A DNA stretch of 61,475 nt, counting the filler. It is 7 parts of 7 records of this genome, joined end to end, with 100 filler letters (N's around TTAATTAATTAA, not from the genome) between each part and the next. Parts side by side here need not be neighbours in the genome. Positions count along the whole stretch, not along the records: positions 6,328 to 16,829 come from SRR31147125_47283; positions 16,930 to 23,989 come from SRR31147125_47289; 5 more parts are not named here. One strand, 5' to 3'. Of this stretch, positions 10,820-21,291 are shown piece by piece. The notes below the pieces were generated by a model, which searched no databases, had not been told where the DNA came from, and worked only from the letters and a program-made list of their open reading frames with translations. The position numbers were made by a program, and so were the translations under genes. Every line of letters begins with the position of its first letter. Positions within the stretch are counted from its first letter, which is position 1.

Positions 10820-11722
10820 TCAGAGACAACAAACCTGGTTCCGGCCATTCATTTTTGCCTGATACAATGCACTGTCCGCGGCCTCGACAAGCTGGATTCC
10901 GTTCGTGCCCCTCGCAACCGCCGCAGTCAGGATGCCAATGCTCATACTCACATAGGCAGCCACTTCGGACGCCTCATGGGGGATATTGAGTCGTGTTAAT
11001 TCGCTCTGCATATTTTTCGCAACGCACAGTGCTCCCGCACCATCCGTTTCCGGCAGGATTACCCCGAACTCCTCCCCTCCGTATCGCGCGGTGAAGTCGG
11101 CCGCCCGTTTCGCGTTTTCGGAGATGACTCGAGCCACCCTGCGCAGACAGTCATCCCCGGCGACATGCCCATACAGGTCGTTGTATTTTTTGAAATAATC
11201 GATATCGATCAAAAGCAAGGAAAGGAACGAACCGTTTCTCTCCGAACGCCTGATTTCGCGCTCGAGCGTCTCGTCGAAACAGCGGCGGTTGGGTATTTCG
11301 GTAAGCCCATCGATCGAAGCAAGCCGCTCGAGCAGGTCGGTCTTACGTTTGAGCTGGATATGGGTCTTCACCCGGGCCCTGACGATTACCGGGTTGAACG
11401 GTTTGGTAATGAAGTCCACTGCCCCGAGCTCGAATCCCCTGGCCTCATCGTCGACGTTGTCGAGTGCGGAGATGAAAATAACGGGAATATGGGCGGTCCG
11501 CGAGTTCTCTTTCAGCCGCTTGACAACCTCGTAGCCGCTGATGTCGGGCATCATGATGTCGAGTAGAACCAGGTCCGGCTGTACCGGTCCGCCCGCAGCT
11601 TCCAGTGCCTGCCGGCCCTCTCTGGCGGCCATGATCTTGTAATCGTCGTGCAGATAAGCGGTGAGCAACTTCACATTCAGCTTTTCATCGTCGACAATAA
11701 GTATTCGATTTTCCCGTTCCAC
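10820..11722 (-). CDS. REC-GGDEF diguanylate cyclase
   Basis: REC domain plus DGLTEIPNRR, DIDYFKKYND, RAAD I-site and ARYGGEEF. Confidence 0.92.
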   Translation of the reverse strand: MERENRILIVDDEKLNVKLLTAYLHDDYKIMAAREGRQALEAAGGPVQPDLVLLDIMMPDISGYEVVKRLKENSRTAHIPVIFISALDNVDDEARGFELGAVDFITKPFNPVIVRARVKTHIQLKRKTDLLERLASIDGLTEIPNRRCFDETLEREIRRSERNGSFLSLLLIDIDYFKKYNDLYGHVAGDDCLRRVARVISENAKRAADFTARYGGEEFGVILPETDGAGALCVAKNMQSELTRLNIPHEASEVAAYVSMSIGILTAAVARGTNGIQLVEAADSALYQAKMNGRNQVCCL

Positions 11723-12479
11723 TATTCTGCAGACTCCTTATTACGTTTTTTTCTCCCCTGGTTGCACCACCGCAATCCACCTAGTGTGCCTAATAAAATT
11801 GTGTTCATCAGTCAACCTTCAATACCAGTTTTTTCTACTCTGTCAGGCTCTTCTGCGCCTCAAAGAAATCAAGCTCTGCAGTCTGCTCATAAATCTTCCT
11901 GGACACGGCCAGACAGTTGCTGTGTTCCCGGACTATCTTTTCCGGGTTGAATATGAACTCCTCATGATTCATGTCCTGCGAGAGAATCCCGATCTTTTTC
12001 AGATAGAGGTGCATACTTGCCTGCTGCATCGCACGTGCCGGACCAACAAGGGCGCATCAGGCTGCAGAACAAATAAGTGCAGTAAAGAATATCCCCGGGA
12101 AGGAGAAGGAGCAGACCTGCCCCCGAAAAGACATGAATGAACGTTTCAGCATCAAAACCCCTAGGTAACGGCAAGATTGTACCCGGCTGATCAACGGCTA
12201 TTCTTCAACTGTACCACAACTATCTAGTCAGAAAGTAGTAAATACGGACTATACGACTCACTGTTCTGGGAGAACCCGTTCCTCAGGAGGATTATGGTTG
12301 TCCAAACGGAAACCGCCAGCAGCGAGTACTCCCCGGCGATGTATTCCACCCGTTGACACCGATGCATTTTTTCACTAGGATCAATGTGTTAGTGGGGATT
12401 GACAGGAGTGACGGTGAACGTGCCTCCGCCTTCTTGTTCATAACTTCAGGGAAATACGGATCATGGACGCGGCGACAGA

Positions 12480-14130
12480 ATGAATCCTGCGAATCACAAC
12501 AGCGAAAGTGACCTGCTCAAACGGCGGATCAACAAGCTCGAAGACGCCCTTCAGGCTTCCCGAAAGCGAGAGGAAGCACTCCTTGAAGACGGGATTCGCT
12601 TCAGACAGTTCACTGAAATCATCGACGATGTGTTCCTCCTTACAACCCGCGACCACTTGGAGGTTCTCTCTGTCAGTCCTTCCTATGAAACCGTTTGGCA
12701 GAAACCATGCAGCAACCTCTACGAAGATCCACTCTCCCGCCTGGAATCTGTAGTCGAGGAAGACCGCGTGCGACTGCTGAGCACGATGGGAAGCGAAAGC
12801 ACCGAGACACTCGAGATGGAGTATCGTATCAACGTGCCCACCGGTGAGGAGAAATGGTTGCGAGAACGCAGGGTCCCCATCTACGGCGATACCGGCGAGG
12901 TATACCGGTACGTGTGCATCATTACCGATATCACTGAACAAAAACGTCTCCTCCTCGAATCGGACCGGCGGCTCCAGCAGATCGTCCAGGCCGACCGTCT
13001 CGCCTCTCTGGGAGAGGTGGTCGCAGGCGTCGCCCACGAGATCAACAACCCGAACAGCTTCATCACCTATAATGTCCCGCTGCTCGAAGAAACCTGGAAT
13101 ATCTTCGAACCGCTGGTTAAAGGCAACGAACAGCCCCCGCGTCATCACAAAACGATCTCGGCCTGGAAGAATATATGCAGGACATGCGTGAGATAATCGA
13201 GGCCATCAAGGTCGGGTCCGAGCGGATCAACCGGGTAGTGAGCAATCTCAAGGATTTCGCCAGACTCGATGAAAGTTCACACACCAAGGAAGTCGAGATC
13301 AATGAAGTCATCAACAAAACTCTGACGATCGTGGGTGCCCATCTGCGTAAATCGGCCGAAAAAATATCGCTCTACCTGGCGGAAGACCTGCCGTCGATTC
13401 AAGGGCACGCACAGAAACTCGAGCAGGTTGTCGCAAACCTATTGGTGAATGCCAGCCATGCCGTGGACAGGGCACGGCCCGGCAAAATCGACGTGAGGAC
13501 ACGGTACGTCGAGAACCTGGATACGATACTCATTGAAATCGAAGATAACGGGAGAGGTATTCCGAGCGACCGTCTGTCCCGCGTTATGGAGCCCTTCTAC
13601 ACCACCCGCAGAACCGAGGGGGAACGGGACTGGGATTATCGGTCTCATACGGACTGGTGAAAGAACACGGCGGACGCATCGGCGTGAAGTCCAAGGTCGG
13701 TGCGGGCAGCCGCTTTACGGTTTTTCTTCCGGTTCACCGGGACCGGCCGGTCGAGATAAAGCCAACCATTCTGTGCGTCGACGACGATCCCCGGGTGCTC
13801 AAACTCGTGCAATCCATCCTTTTAAACGTCGAAGACGCCTTCGTGGAAACGACCGCTGACCCTGAAGGAATCGTCGATTACCTGCAGTGCCACCCGGAGG
13901 TCGACGTGGTGCTCTCCGACGTGAACATGGACAAGCTCAACGGCTGGGACCTGATGGAGAGAATCAAACGCATGGACCCGCTGATTTCCGTAATCCTCTA
14001 TTCGGGACACCCGGGAGCGCTCTCCAGCCCCCGCCCCATGGAATTCACGCCGGACGCGACCCTCGAAAAACCGTTTCCGAAAATCGATCTTATCAACACG
14101 ATCCATGCCGTGGGACGACAAAAACTATGA
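12480..14130 (+). CDS. PAS-HisKA-HATPase-REC hybrid sensor kinase, split by two frameshifts (near 13160 and 13620)
   Basis: PAS region [20 protein letters not shown]-box [10 protein letters not shown]-box [23 protein letters not shown], then HGGRIGVKS and REC ILCVDDD, spread over ORFs 12480-13196, 13175-13660 and 13657-14130. Confidence 0.85.
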
Positions 14131-15509
14131 GAATCCTGGCCGTCGATGACGAACCCATAGCACTGAGTTCAATCCGCCGAATCCTGCGTCGACGGAACAT
14201 CACTGACGTTGAAATCTGCGACAACGGTAAGGACGCGATTGATCTGATTCTCACCGGAAACTTCGATATCGTCCTCCTCGACCTCATCATGCCGGGAACC
14301 GGCGGCCTCGATGTCCTCGCTGCAACCAGGGCCCATCTTTCGGATACTGAATTCATCGTGGTTTCCGCGGTTGAAGATGTCGCGACCACCGTTCAGGCCG
14401 TTCGTTCCGGTGCCTACGACTATCTCATCAAACCGGTGGATCCGGACCGGCTGGTGCTCACCATCGAGCACGCATTCGAGCGACGCGGCCTTCGCGCCGG
14501 CATTCTGGGCGCAGCGGCGTCGGGAGCAGCACCCGCAATTCCCGATGAGTTTTCTTCGATTATCACCCGGAACCACCATATGATCGAGCTTATCAACTAC
14601 GCCCACGCAATGGCCCGGGGGGGACTGCCGCTCCTGATCACCGGTGAATCGGGGACCGGCAAGGAATTGTTTGCAAGGGGCATCCATGAAACGGCACGAG
14701 GAAATGAGGCGCCGTTTCTTCCGGTCAACGTCACATCCGTGCCTGAAACACTGTTCGAAAGTCAGTTCTTCGGCCATGCCAGCGGCGCATTTACGGGTGC
14801 CGGCGGTGACCTTCAGGGATATTTTCAAAAAGCCGACGGCGGCACCCTGTACCTCGATGAGATCGGAGACCTGCCTGCCGGTCTGCAGGTCAAGCTCCTC
14901 CGCGTACTTGAAGACCGCTCTTTTTCCCGACTGGGCGAATCGGACGTGCGATGCGTCAATGTGCAGATCGTCTCCTCCACGAACAAAGAACTTCATGAGG
15001 CGTGCCAGTCCGGGGACTTTCGTCTGGATCTATTCTATCGGCTGAATCATGCCCATATCCATATACCGCCGCTGAGAGAGCGACGCGAAGATATCGAGCC
15101 GCTGATCAACCATTTTGCCGCCGCCGCCGGCAAACGGCATAATAAAGAGCCGAAGCAGATCACTCCCGATTACCTGGATACGCTGCAGGGATTGGACTTT
15201 CCCGGGAACGTTCGTGAACTTATCCAGATCGTCGAGCGGGATACCATCCTGTCCGGGCACCCGGGACTGAAACCATCGTGTCCGGTCGAACAAGTGACAG
15301 GCTCCGCCCCATCCCTTGCTCGAACGTTGTGCAGTATGAAGCAGGACAGTGAGGCCCATGTCGCCTTTGTTCTCAATCACACGCGAGGCGACCTCAAGGC
15401 CGCCGCCGGCATTCTCGAACTCTCAGTTCGCCAGATCCAGCGCCGTATCAGTCAGATGAAAGAGCAGGATGAGTGGCGCACCTTCTTCGAACGCCTGAAA
15501 ACGCATTGA
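14127..15509 (+). CDS. Sigma54-dependent response regulator (NtrC-family enhancer-binding protein)
   Basis: ATG 14127 overlaps the kinase stop (ATGA). [12 protein letters not shown], Walker [40 protein letters not shown] and C-terminal HTH. Confidence 0.93.
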   Translation: MRILAVDDEPIALSSIRRILRRRNITDVEICDNGKDAIDLILTGNFDIVLLDLIMPGTGGLDVLAATRAHLSDTEFIVVSAVEDVATTVQAVRSGAYDYLIKPVDPDRLVLTIEHAFERRGLRAGILGAAASGAAPAIPDEFSSIITRNHHMIELINYAHAMARGGLPLLITGESGTGKELFARGIHETARGNEAPFLPVNVTSVPETLFESQFFGHASGAFTGAGGDLQGYFQKADGGTLYLDEIGDLPAGLQVKLLRVLEDRSFSRLGESDVRCVNVQIVSSTNKELHEACQSGDFRLDLFYRLNHAHIHIPPLRERREDIEPLINHFAAAAGKRHNKEPKQITPDYLDTLQGLDFPGNVRELIQIVERDTILSGHPGLKPSCPVEQVTGSAPSLARTLCSMKQDSEAHVAFVLNHTRGDLKAAAGILELSVRQIQRRISQMKEQDEWRTFFERLKTH

Positions 15510-15539
15510 TCCACCCTGCTCAGCCCTGTGCCCCCAGCA

Positions 15540-15574
15540 TGACATTTTAGACAGGGGGTACGACGGAAGTGTCG
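15540..15574 (+). promoter_or_regulatory. Putative tandem enhancer (UAS) sites
   Basis: TGACATTTTAGACA (15540) and palindromic CGAC-GGAAGT-GTCG (15561), 21 bp apart and about 90-120 bp upstream of a sigma54 motif. Confidence 0.5.
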
Positions 15575-15659
15575 CGGTCGGAGCCACCCTGACCTGACAG
15601 TCTCCCCCCGCTCCTATACATTTCAGTCGCTTAGCGCCTCGCCTTCCCGATTTTCCAAT

Positions 15660-15675
15660 AGGCGCGATTATTGCA
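15660..15675 (+). promoter_or_regulatory. Sigma54 (-24/-12) promoter
   Basis: AGGCGCGATTATTGCA has GG-N10-GC spacing and is close to the consensus TGGCACG-N4-TTGC(A/T). Confidence 0.65.
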
Positions 15676-15809
15676 TAATTTTTGATTAGCGAAACAGCTC
15701 CGGATTCTGCACACATCTACAAGGAAGCATGATCCGGATACCTGGCGCAGCCCGCAAGGCTATTAAGCAGCGGGCCGTCAGCTGTTTCAGGCGGAGGGGG
15801 GAATTTCAG

Positions 15810-15926
15810 ATGAAACGAGAGATGCCAACTATCTTTACACTAGCAATCCTACGGTGCCTCAACGCCTGCGCCCGGCATGAACCGCAGACCTGTAATTTTA
15901 CAGTTCTCAGCGAAGAAAAAGGATGA
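15810..15926 (+). CDS. Short lipoprotein-like ORF (38 aa) or truncated lipoprotein gene
   Basis: RBS GGAGGGGGG. MKREMPTIFTLAILRCLNACARHEPQ... with lipobox-like LNAC, downstream of the sigma54 motif. Confidence 0.35.
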   Translation: MKREMPTIFTLAILRCLNACARHEPQTCNFTVLSEEKG

Positions 15927-16198
15927 TCATTGATTAGCCGCAATGCGCAAACGAGACAGCAGGACGGCTCCGTATATCCAAGCGGGTCGGCGGGAAACAC
16001 GGTTATACTCGAGATAAATTTTCTCGGTCAGCGATGTTGTCGAGGCGATTGTTTCCCACCGGCCCCTCTCCCTCCTCTTAATAGTGAAAGAACAATGAGA
16101 GTGAAACCCAGGCGAACTCCCCCAACAACAGGTTTACGCACCCCTCTCTTCACCAGTGCACCCATCCCCACGGGAACGGGTCAACCAAACACAATAGT

Positions 16199-16829
16199 AT
16201 GAGATTACGGACAATTTTTCTCGTTATCGGCCTGTTGGCCGTCGGCTGTACACTGGCAACCGCAGCATTGAACTACCTCTCCCTTCGTGAACAGGCCTGG
16301 AAACGTCTGGAAATAGAGACAATCAGTCATTCCGAGACGGTCGTTTCCAGGATTGAGATCTTTATCAGCCACTACACGAAGTCCACCGAGGCTATCTCGA
16401 GCTCAAGCCAGCTTATCGCCGCTCTCACGTCACCAGATGATACAACGCTGTCGGAAGCGAACAGCTACCTTGTGCATACGAACCAGGCTATGGACGCCGA
16501 GGTCTGCTACCTGATGGATGCCGGCGGCACGACCGTGGCGTCCAGCAACCATGAAAGCAGTGGAAGCTTCGTTGGCAAGAACTACAGCTTCAGACCTTAT
16601 TTCCAGGAGGCCATCAGCGGGCGGAGAGGGCTCTACCTCGCTCAGGGTGTGACCTCCGGTAAACGAGGCCTCTATCTGGGATCCCCGGTAACCTCAGCTC
16701 CTGGCAGCACTCCAGTGGGAGTCATCGTCATCAAGCTCGACGCAGAAAAAATAGAAAATGACCTGCAGCTTCTCGATCATGACGAGAAACATACGACGAT
16801 GGTGACCGATGCCAGGGGGGTGGTCTTTT
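16199..16829 (+). CDS. dCache-domain sensor protein (DctB-like N-terminus), truncated by contig end
   Basis: N-terminal TM followed by YLMDAGGTTVASSN..SFVGKNYSFRPYFQEA..GVTSGKRGLY. Confidence 0.85.
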
Positions 16830-16929
16830 NNNNNNNNNNNNNNNNNNNNNNNNNNNNNNNNNNNNNNNNNNNNTTAATTAATTAANNNNNNNNNNNNNNN
16901 NNNNNNNNNNNNNNNNNNNNNNNNNNNNN
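16830..16929. other. Artificial contig spacer
   Basis: N44-TTAATTAATTAA-N44. Confidence 0.98.
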
Positions 16930-16943
16930 CACATATAATAAGT

Positions 16944-17020
16944 CGGGGTGTAGCTCAGTTTGGCAGAGCACTACGTTCGGGACGTAGGGGTAGGAGGTTC
17001 AAATCCTCTCACCCCGACCA
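16944..17020 (+). tRNA. tRNA-Pro(CGG)
   Basis: Acceptor stem CGGGGTG/CACCCCG, D arm AGCTCAGTTTGGCAGAGC, anticodon arm CTACG-TTCGGGA-CGTAG, T loop GGTTCAAATCC, encoded CCA; 77 nt. Confidence 0.97.
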
Positions 17021-17057
17021 ACAAAAAAGACCAACAGGTCTTTTTTTGTTGGTCGGG
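17013..17057. terminator. Long hairpin or bidirectional terminator that includes the tRNA 3' end
   Basis: CCCGACCAACAAAAAAGACC-AACA-GGTCTTTTTTTGTTGGTCGGG. Confidence 0.7.
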
Positions 17058-17178
17058 ACTTGCCCGCCGCGCGAAAGATGCTTCCGCAGAAGCATCGAAA
17101 GCGACGACCATAAAACTATTCTGGACATATCAATTTTGCTAATAATAAAGATGATTAGCATGATTATTTTTTATAAAA

Positions 17179-19548
17179 TCAAGATGAAGCTTTTTGTTCT
17201 ATTTTTCCATCTTCAATAAATGTATTTATTTTATCTATTCCTGCAAAAATGGTCGTATTGTCTAAAGAAGAAGCTACTAGCGTAGGTGCGTGGTTAATCC
17301 CAAACTTGACAACTTGATCCTGATGCTCATCGGCATTAAGAGGCTTATACTTAATACCTGCAGAATCTAACATTCTTTTTGCCGCTTTGCAATTGACACA
17401 AGTTGTGGTTGTAAATAAAAGAAATTCTGCATCTATATCTTTACTTTTCTTGATAGCTTTTGCTGATTTCAAAACAGAACGAGCAGGATTATATACCTTA
17501 CGGTCTTTAAATTCTTGTGTCTTACCCTCGTTCCAGTTTCTAACTGGACGATAGTAACCTGTAATCCTACTATACACCTCTGCCTTTTCTCCGCATTTAG
17601 GGCAAGTGAAATGTTTACCATTTATATATCCATGGCTATTGCAAATAGAATATGTGGGAGAAATTGTGTAAGTCGGCAGTCGGTAATTTTCAGAAATTTT
17701 GCGTACTAGTTCAGCAGTCACTTTCCAATCAGAAATACTCTCGCCTAAGAAAGCGTGGAATATTGTTCCTGATGTATATAATGTTTGCAATTCATCTTGC
17801 GCATCCAATGCTTCAAAAACATCATCTGTAGCAGTAACAGGCAGATGAGAACTATTTGTATAGTATGGTGTATCACCTAGCTTCGCAGCAGTTATAATAT
17901 CAGGATAATGTTCAACATCATGCTTTGCTAATCGATAGGTGGTAGACTCTGCTGGAGTTGCCTCTAAATTAAACAGCGCACCATATTTTTCTTGATAACT
18001 AATAAGTCGGTCACGCATATGATTGAGCACATCTAGTGCAAATTTATGTGTTTTATCATTCAGCATATTTGCCTTAAGCCATTTAGCATTTAAACCAACT
18101 TCATTCATGCCAATCATACCAATGGTTGAAAAGTGGTTATTGAATGTTCCTAAATATTGCTTTGTATATGGATAGAGCCCTTCATTCATGAGTTTTGTGA
18201 TTACTGTACGTTTAGTATCCAATGAACGGGCTGCAATATCCATCAAACGATCCAAGCGGTCATAGAAATCTTTCTCATCGTTAGCGAGATAAGCAATACG
18301 TGGCAGATTGATTGTGACAACACCAACTGAACCTGTGCTTTCTCCGCTGCCAAAGAATCCACCGCCTTTTTTGCGCAATTCTCTTAGATCAAGACGGAGA
18401 CGACAACACATACTGCGCACATCACTTGGATCCATATCGCTGTTGATATAGTTAGAAAAATTAGGTGTACCGTATTTTGCGGTCATTTCAAATAGGAGCC
18501 GGTTGTTTTCTGTATCGCTCCAATCAAAGTCCTTTGTAATAGAATAAGTAGGAATAGGATATTGGAAACCGCGGCCGTTGGCATCACCCTCCAACATGAT
18601 TTCGATAAATGCTTTATTAACCATGGCCATTTCTGCATCGCAGTCTTTATATTTAAAATCTCGCTCTTTACCGCCTACAATTGCATTTTGCTCTGCTAAG
18701 TCATGGGGGCATACCCAATCCAGTGTAATATTTGTAAACGGAGACTGTGTACCCCATCTTGAAGGAGTATTAACACCATATACAAAAGATTGAATGCATT
18801 GTTTAACTTCTTTGTATGAAAGGTTATCCACTTTTACAAATGGAGCAAGATATGTATCAAAGGAAGAAAATGCTTGTGCACCTGCCCACTCGTTTTGCAA
18901 GATGCCAAGGAAATTGACCATTTGATTGCAGAGAGTTGATAGATGACTTGCAGGGGAAGAGGTAATCTTTCCAGTAACTCCACCTAGTCCTTCCTGTATA
19001 AGTTGTTTTAGAGACCATCCAGCACAATATCCTGTCAGCATAGATAAGTCATGAATGTGCAATTCTGCACTGCGATGTGCATTAGCAATTTCTTCATCAT
19101 ATACCTCGGAGAGCCAATAGTTTGCTGTTATAGCACCAGAGTTGCTTAAAATCAAACCGCCTACAGAATATATAACAGTAGAATTTTCTTTTACACGCCA
19201 GTCTTCTATTTTTAGATAATCATTGACAAGTTTTTTATAATCAAGCACTGTTGAGTTCATATTGCGTATCTTTTCTCTTTGTTTACGATATAAGATATAA
19301 GACTTTGCTACGTCCGCATATCCTGATTGTACCAATACTCGCTCAACACTGTTTTGGATTTCCTCTACAGAAATTTTGTCATTTATTATTTTGTCCTGAT
19401 AGTCTGCTGTAACTTTTAATGCTAAAAAGTCAATAATATCACGGTTATAGTTTTTTTTCTGTGCGGTAAAAGCTTTTTCAATAGCATCGCCAATTTTGGA
19501 TATTTTAAAATCTGCACTAGTCCCGTCCCTTTTTATAACTTTATACAT
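17179..19548 (-). CDS. nrdD: Class III anaerobic ribonucleoside-triphosphate reductase with an N-terminal ATP cone and a C-terminal glutaredoxin-like domain
   Basis: MYKVIKRDG ATP cone, RSMCCRL, NLEATPAEST, CNSH..CPKC zinc site, YSRITGYYRPV glycyl-radical loop and C-terminal LFTTTTCVNCKAAK. Confidence 0.95.
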   Translation of the reverse strand: MYKVIKRDGTSADFKISKIGDAIEKAFTAQKKNYNRDIIDFLALKVTADYQDKIINDKISVEEIQNSVERVLVQSGYADVAKSYILYRKQREKIRNMNSTVLDYKKLVNDYLKIEDWRVKENSTVIYSVGGLILSNSGAITANYWLSEVYDEEIANAHRSAELHIHDLSMLTGYCAGWSLKQLIQEGLGGVTGKITSSPASHLSTLCNQMVNFLGILQNEWAGAQAFSSFDTYLAPFVKVDNLSYKEVKQCIQSFVYGVNTPSRWGTQSPFTNITLDWVCPHDLAEQNAIVGGKERDFKYKDCDAEMAMVNKAFIEIMLEGDANGRGFQYPIPTYSITKDFDWSDTENNRLLFEMTAKYGTPNFSNYINSDMDPSDVRSMCCRLRLDLRELRKKGGGFFGSGESTGSVGVVTINLPRIAYLANDEKDFYDRLDRLMDIAARSLDTKRTVITKLMNEGLYPYTKQYLGTFNNHFSTIGMIGMNEVGLNAKWLKANMLNDKTHKFALDVLNHMRDRLISYQEKYGALFNLEATPAESTTYRLAKHDVEHYPDIITAAKLGDTPYYTNSSHLPVTATDDVFEALDAQDELQTLYTSGTIFHAFLGESISDWKVTAELVRKISENYRLPTYTISPTYSICNSHGYINGKHFTCPKCGEKAEVYSRITGYYRPVRNWNEGKTQEFKDRKVYNPARSVLKSAKAIKKSKDIDAEFLLFTTTTCVNCKAAKRMLDSAGIKYKPLNADEHQDQVVKFGINHAPTLVASSLDNTTIFAGIDKINTFIEDGKIEQKASS

Positions 19549-19627
19549 AATCCTAATCTCCTTTGTTAGTTTATATTTTCAGAGTGTTTCAATTATAACT
19601 AATATTCTATTCTTTAGCAAGAGAAAA

Positions 19628-19674
19628 ATACTATATATTGATTATATTTTTTGTTCAAGTACAATATGTAGGGC
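19628..19674. promoter_or_regulatory. Tandem NrdR boxes
   Basis: ATACTATATATTGATT (19628) and GTACAATATGTAGGGC (19659) match acaCwAtATaTwGtg, 31 bp apart, directly upstream of nrdD. Confidence 0.8.
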
Positions 19675-19897
19675 ATTATCGCGAAATTATACTATTTAGA
19701 ATGTAGGGTAAATGTTAAAATTTAGGTCTTTAAAAGTAATGTTAGTAATATGCAGCGAAATATGTATAAAGATTTAATAAGATATAAAAACATATGTTTA
19801 TATGCAAAAATTAACAGCTTTATCTAGGCTATTATTTTAAATAGTCAAAACTGCAATTAGATAATTATTTAAGTTATTATATCATTATCTGTACATA

Positions 19898-21082
19898 TCA
19901 AGTCCTATAATCTGCATTAATATGAATATACTCGACAGACATATCACATGTCCACATATGATAGTTATGCTCACCTTGATTCAAATTGATTGTATATGAT
20001 ATTTCATCTTGCTTTAAGATTTCAAGAGCAGCTTCTTCATCAAATATAATTGCATTCCCACTTTTGCATGTTATCAAACCCCCAATATACACATCACATA
20101 AATCAGGATCAAACTGCGCACCTGAATAGCCGGCAGCTGTTAATAACCTACCCCAGTTGGCATCTTCACCAAAGGCAGCAGTTTTGCAAAGTGGAGATTT
20201 TGCGATAGAATGAGCTATTAATTTAGCATCTTCATGTGTTTTTGCTCCTTTAATATTAATAGTAATTAGCTTAGTAGCACCTTCACCGTCATGAGCAAGC
20301 ATTTTCGACAATTGAGTGCAAACATCCAGCAATGTTTTTTTAAACTCATCTTTACATTTATCATATGATACATTTGATTTTCCGTTAGCAAGTAATAGTA
20401 CTTTATCACACACAGATGTATCGCCATCTACACATACTCGATTGTATGTTAAGTCTGCAACTTCTTTTAGCAATTCCTTTGCTTGATGTTTCTTTATTTT
20501 TATATCTGTAGTGATTACGGATATCATTGTAGCCATATTAGGGTAAATCATACCTGAACCCTTTGACATAGCGCCTATTCTGACCGGCTTATTAGCAACT
20601 AATATTTCTGCTTCAGCTTCCTTTTTATATGTATCCGTAGTCATAATTGCTTCCGCAGCATTACTTCCGCCATCTTCTTTCAGGCTGTCTAAAGCCTTGT
20701 TTATGCCTCTTGCTATTTTGCCCATAGGTAATGGTACACCTATCACTCCTGTTGACCCAATCAATACTAGTTCTTTTTTGCAATTGATTCCTTTTGAAAT
20801 CATTTCACAAATAGCTATAGCATCATAATGCCCTTGGTTACCGATACATGCATTAGCATTGCCAGAGTTAATAAAAACAGCCTTTGCCGAACCTTGTTGT
20901 ACGTATTCTTGACATAGTTTTAAGGAGTGACCTTTAACTACATTTTTAGTAAATACACCAGCGCATGTGCACAACGATGGACTATATACTAAAGCAACAT
21001 CTTTTGCATTATTTTTCTTTATGCCACAGCTCACCCCTGATGCAAAAAATCCTTTGGGATATGTTACTCCTATGTTTTTCAT
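19898..21082 (-). CDS. argJ: Ornithine acetyltransferase / N-acetylglutamate synthase
   Basis: NSGNANAC, AIMTTDT, KGSGMIYPNMATM autoproteolysis motif, DGEGATK, DANWGR and INADYRT. Confidence 0.96.
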   Translation of the reverse strand: MKNIGVTYPKGFFASGVSCGIKKNNAKDVALVYSPSLCTCAGVFTKNVVKGHSLKLCQEYVQQGSAKAVFINSGNANACIGNQGHYDAIAICEMISKGINCKKELVLIGSTGVIGVPLPMGKIARGINKALDSLKEDGGSNAAEAIMTTDTYKKEAEAEILVANKPVRIGAMSKGSGMIYPNMATMISVITTDIKIKKHQAKELLKEVADLTYNRVCVDGDTSVCDKVLLLANGKSNVSYDKCKDEFKKTLLDVCTQLSKMLAHDGEGATKLITINIKGAKTHEDAKLIAHSIAKSPLCKTAAFGEDANWGRLLTAAGYSGAQFDPDLCDVYIGGLITCKSGNAIIFDEEAALEILKQDEISYTINLNQGEHNYHMWTCDMSVEYIHINADYRT

Positions 21083-21291
21083 TCAGTACTCCTTGTAATC
21101 ATGTAATATTTTATACTAATGCTATTATATAAAATAATCTCTAAATTTACAATTAAGATAAAATATGATATCATCTCATTAAAAAAAAGATTGTTTAAAA
21201 TCAATAAAAATCGCTTAATTAGTAAATATAAACACATATACATAATATAGTATATTTACATAAGTGAAACTATATTTGGGAAGGGGAAAAT

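Noticed and set aside
11835-12134. Second in-frame TGA (12057-12059, minus strand) joining MSFRGQVCSF..CSAA*CALVGPARA to ORF 11835-12029
   Set aside because: No recognisable protein family, no clear SECIS-like stem, and the region looks decayed. There is no support for Sec.
12294-12356. 20-codon ORF after AGGAGG (MVVQTETASSEYSPAMYSTR)
   Set aside because: RBS spacing is only 3 nt, and there is no motif or terminator to support it.
13887-14126. 80-aa N-terminal extension of the sigma54 regulator in the ORF track
   Set aside because: It overlaps the kinase REC domain in another frame. The ATGA-coupled start at 14127 gives a normal REC N-terminus.
16960-17142. 60-aa ORF
   Set aside because: It overlaps the tRNA-Pro and its terminator, so it is spurious.
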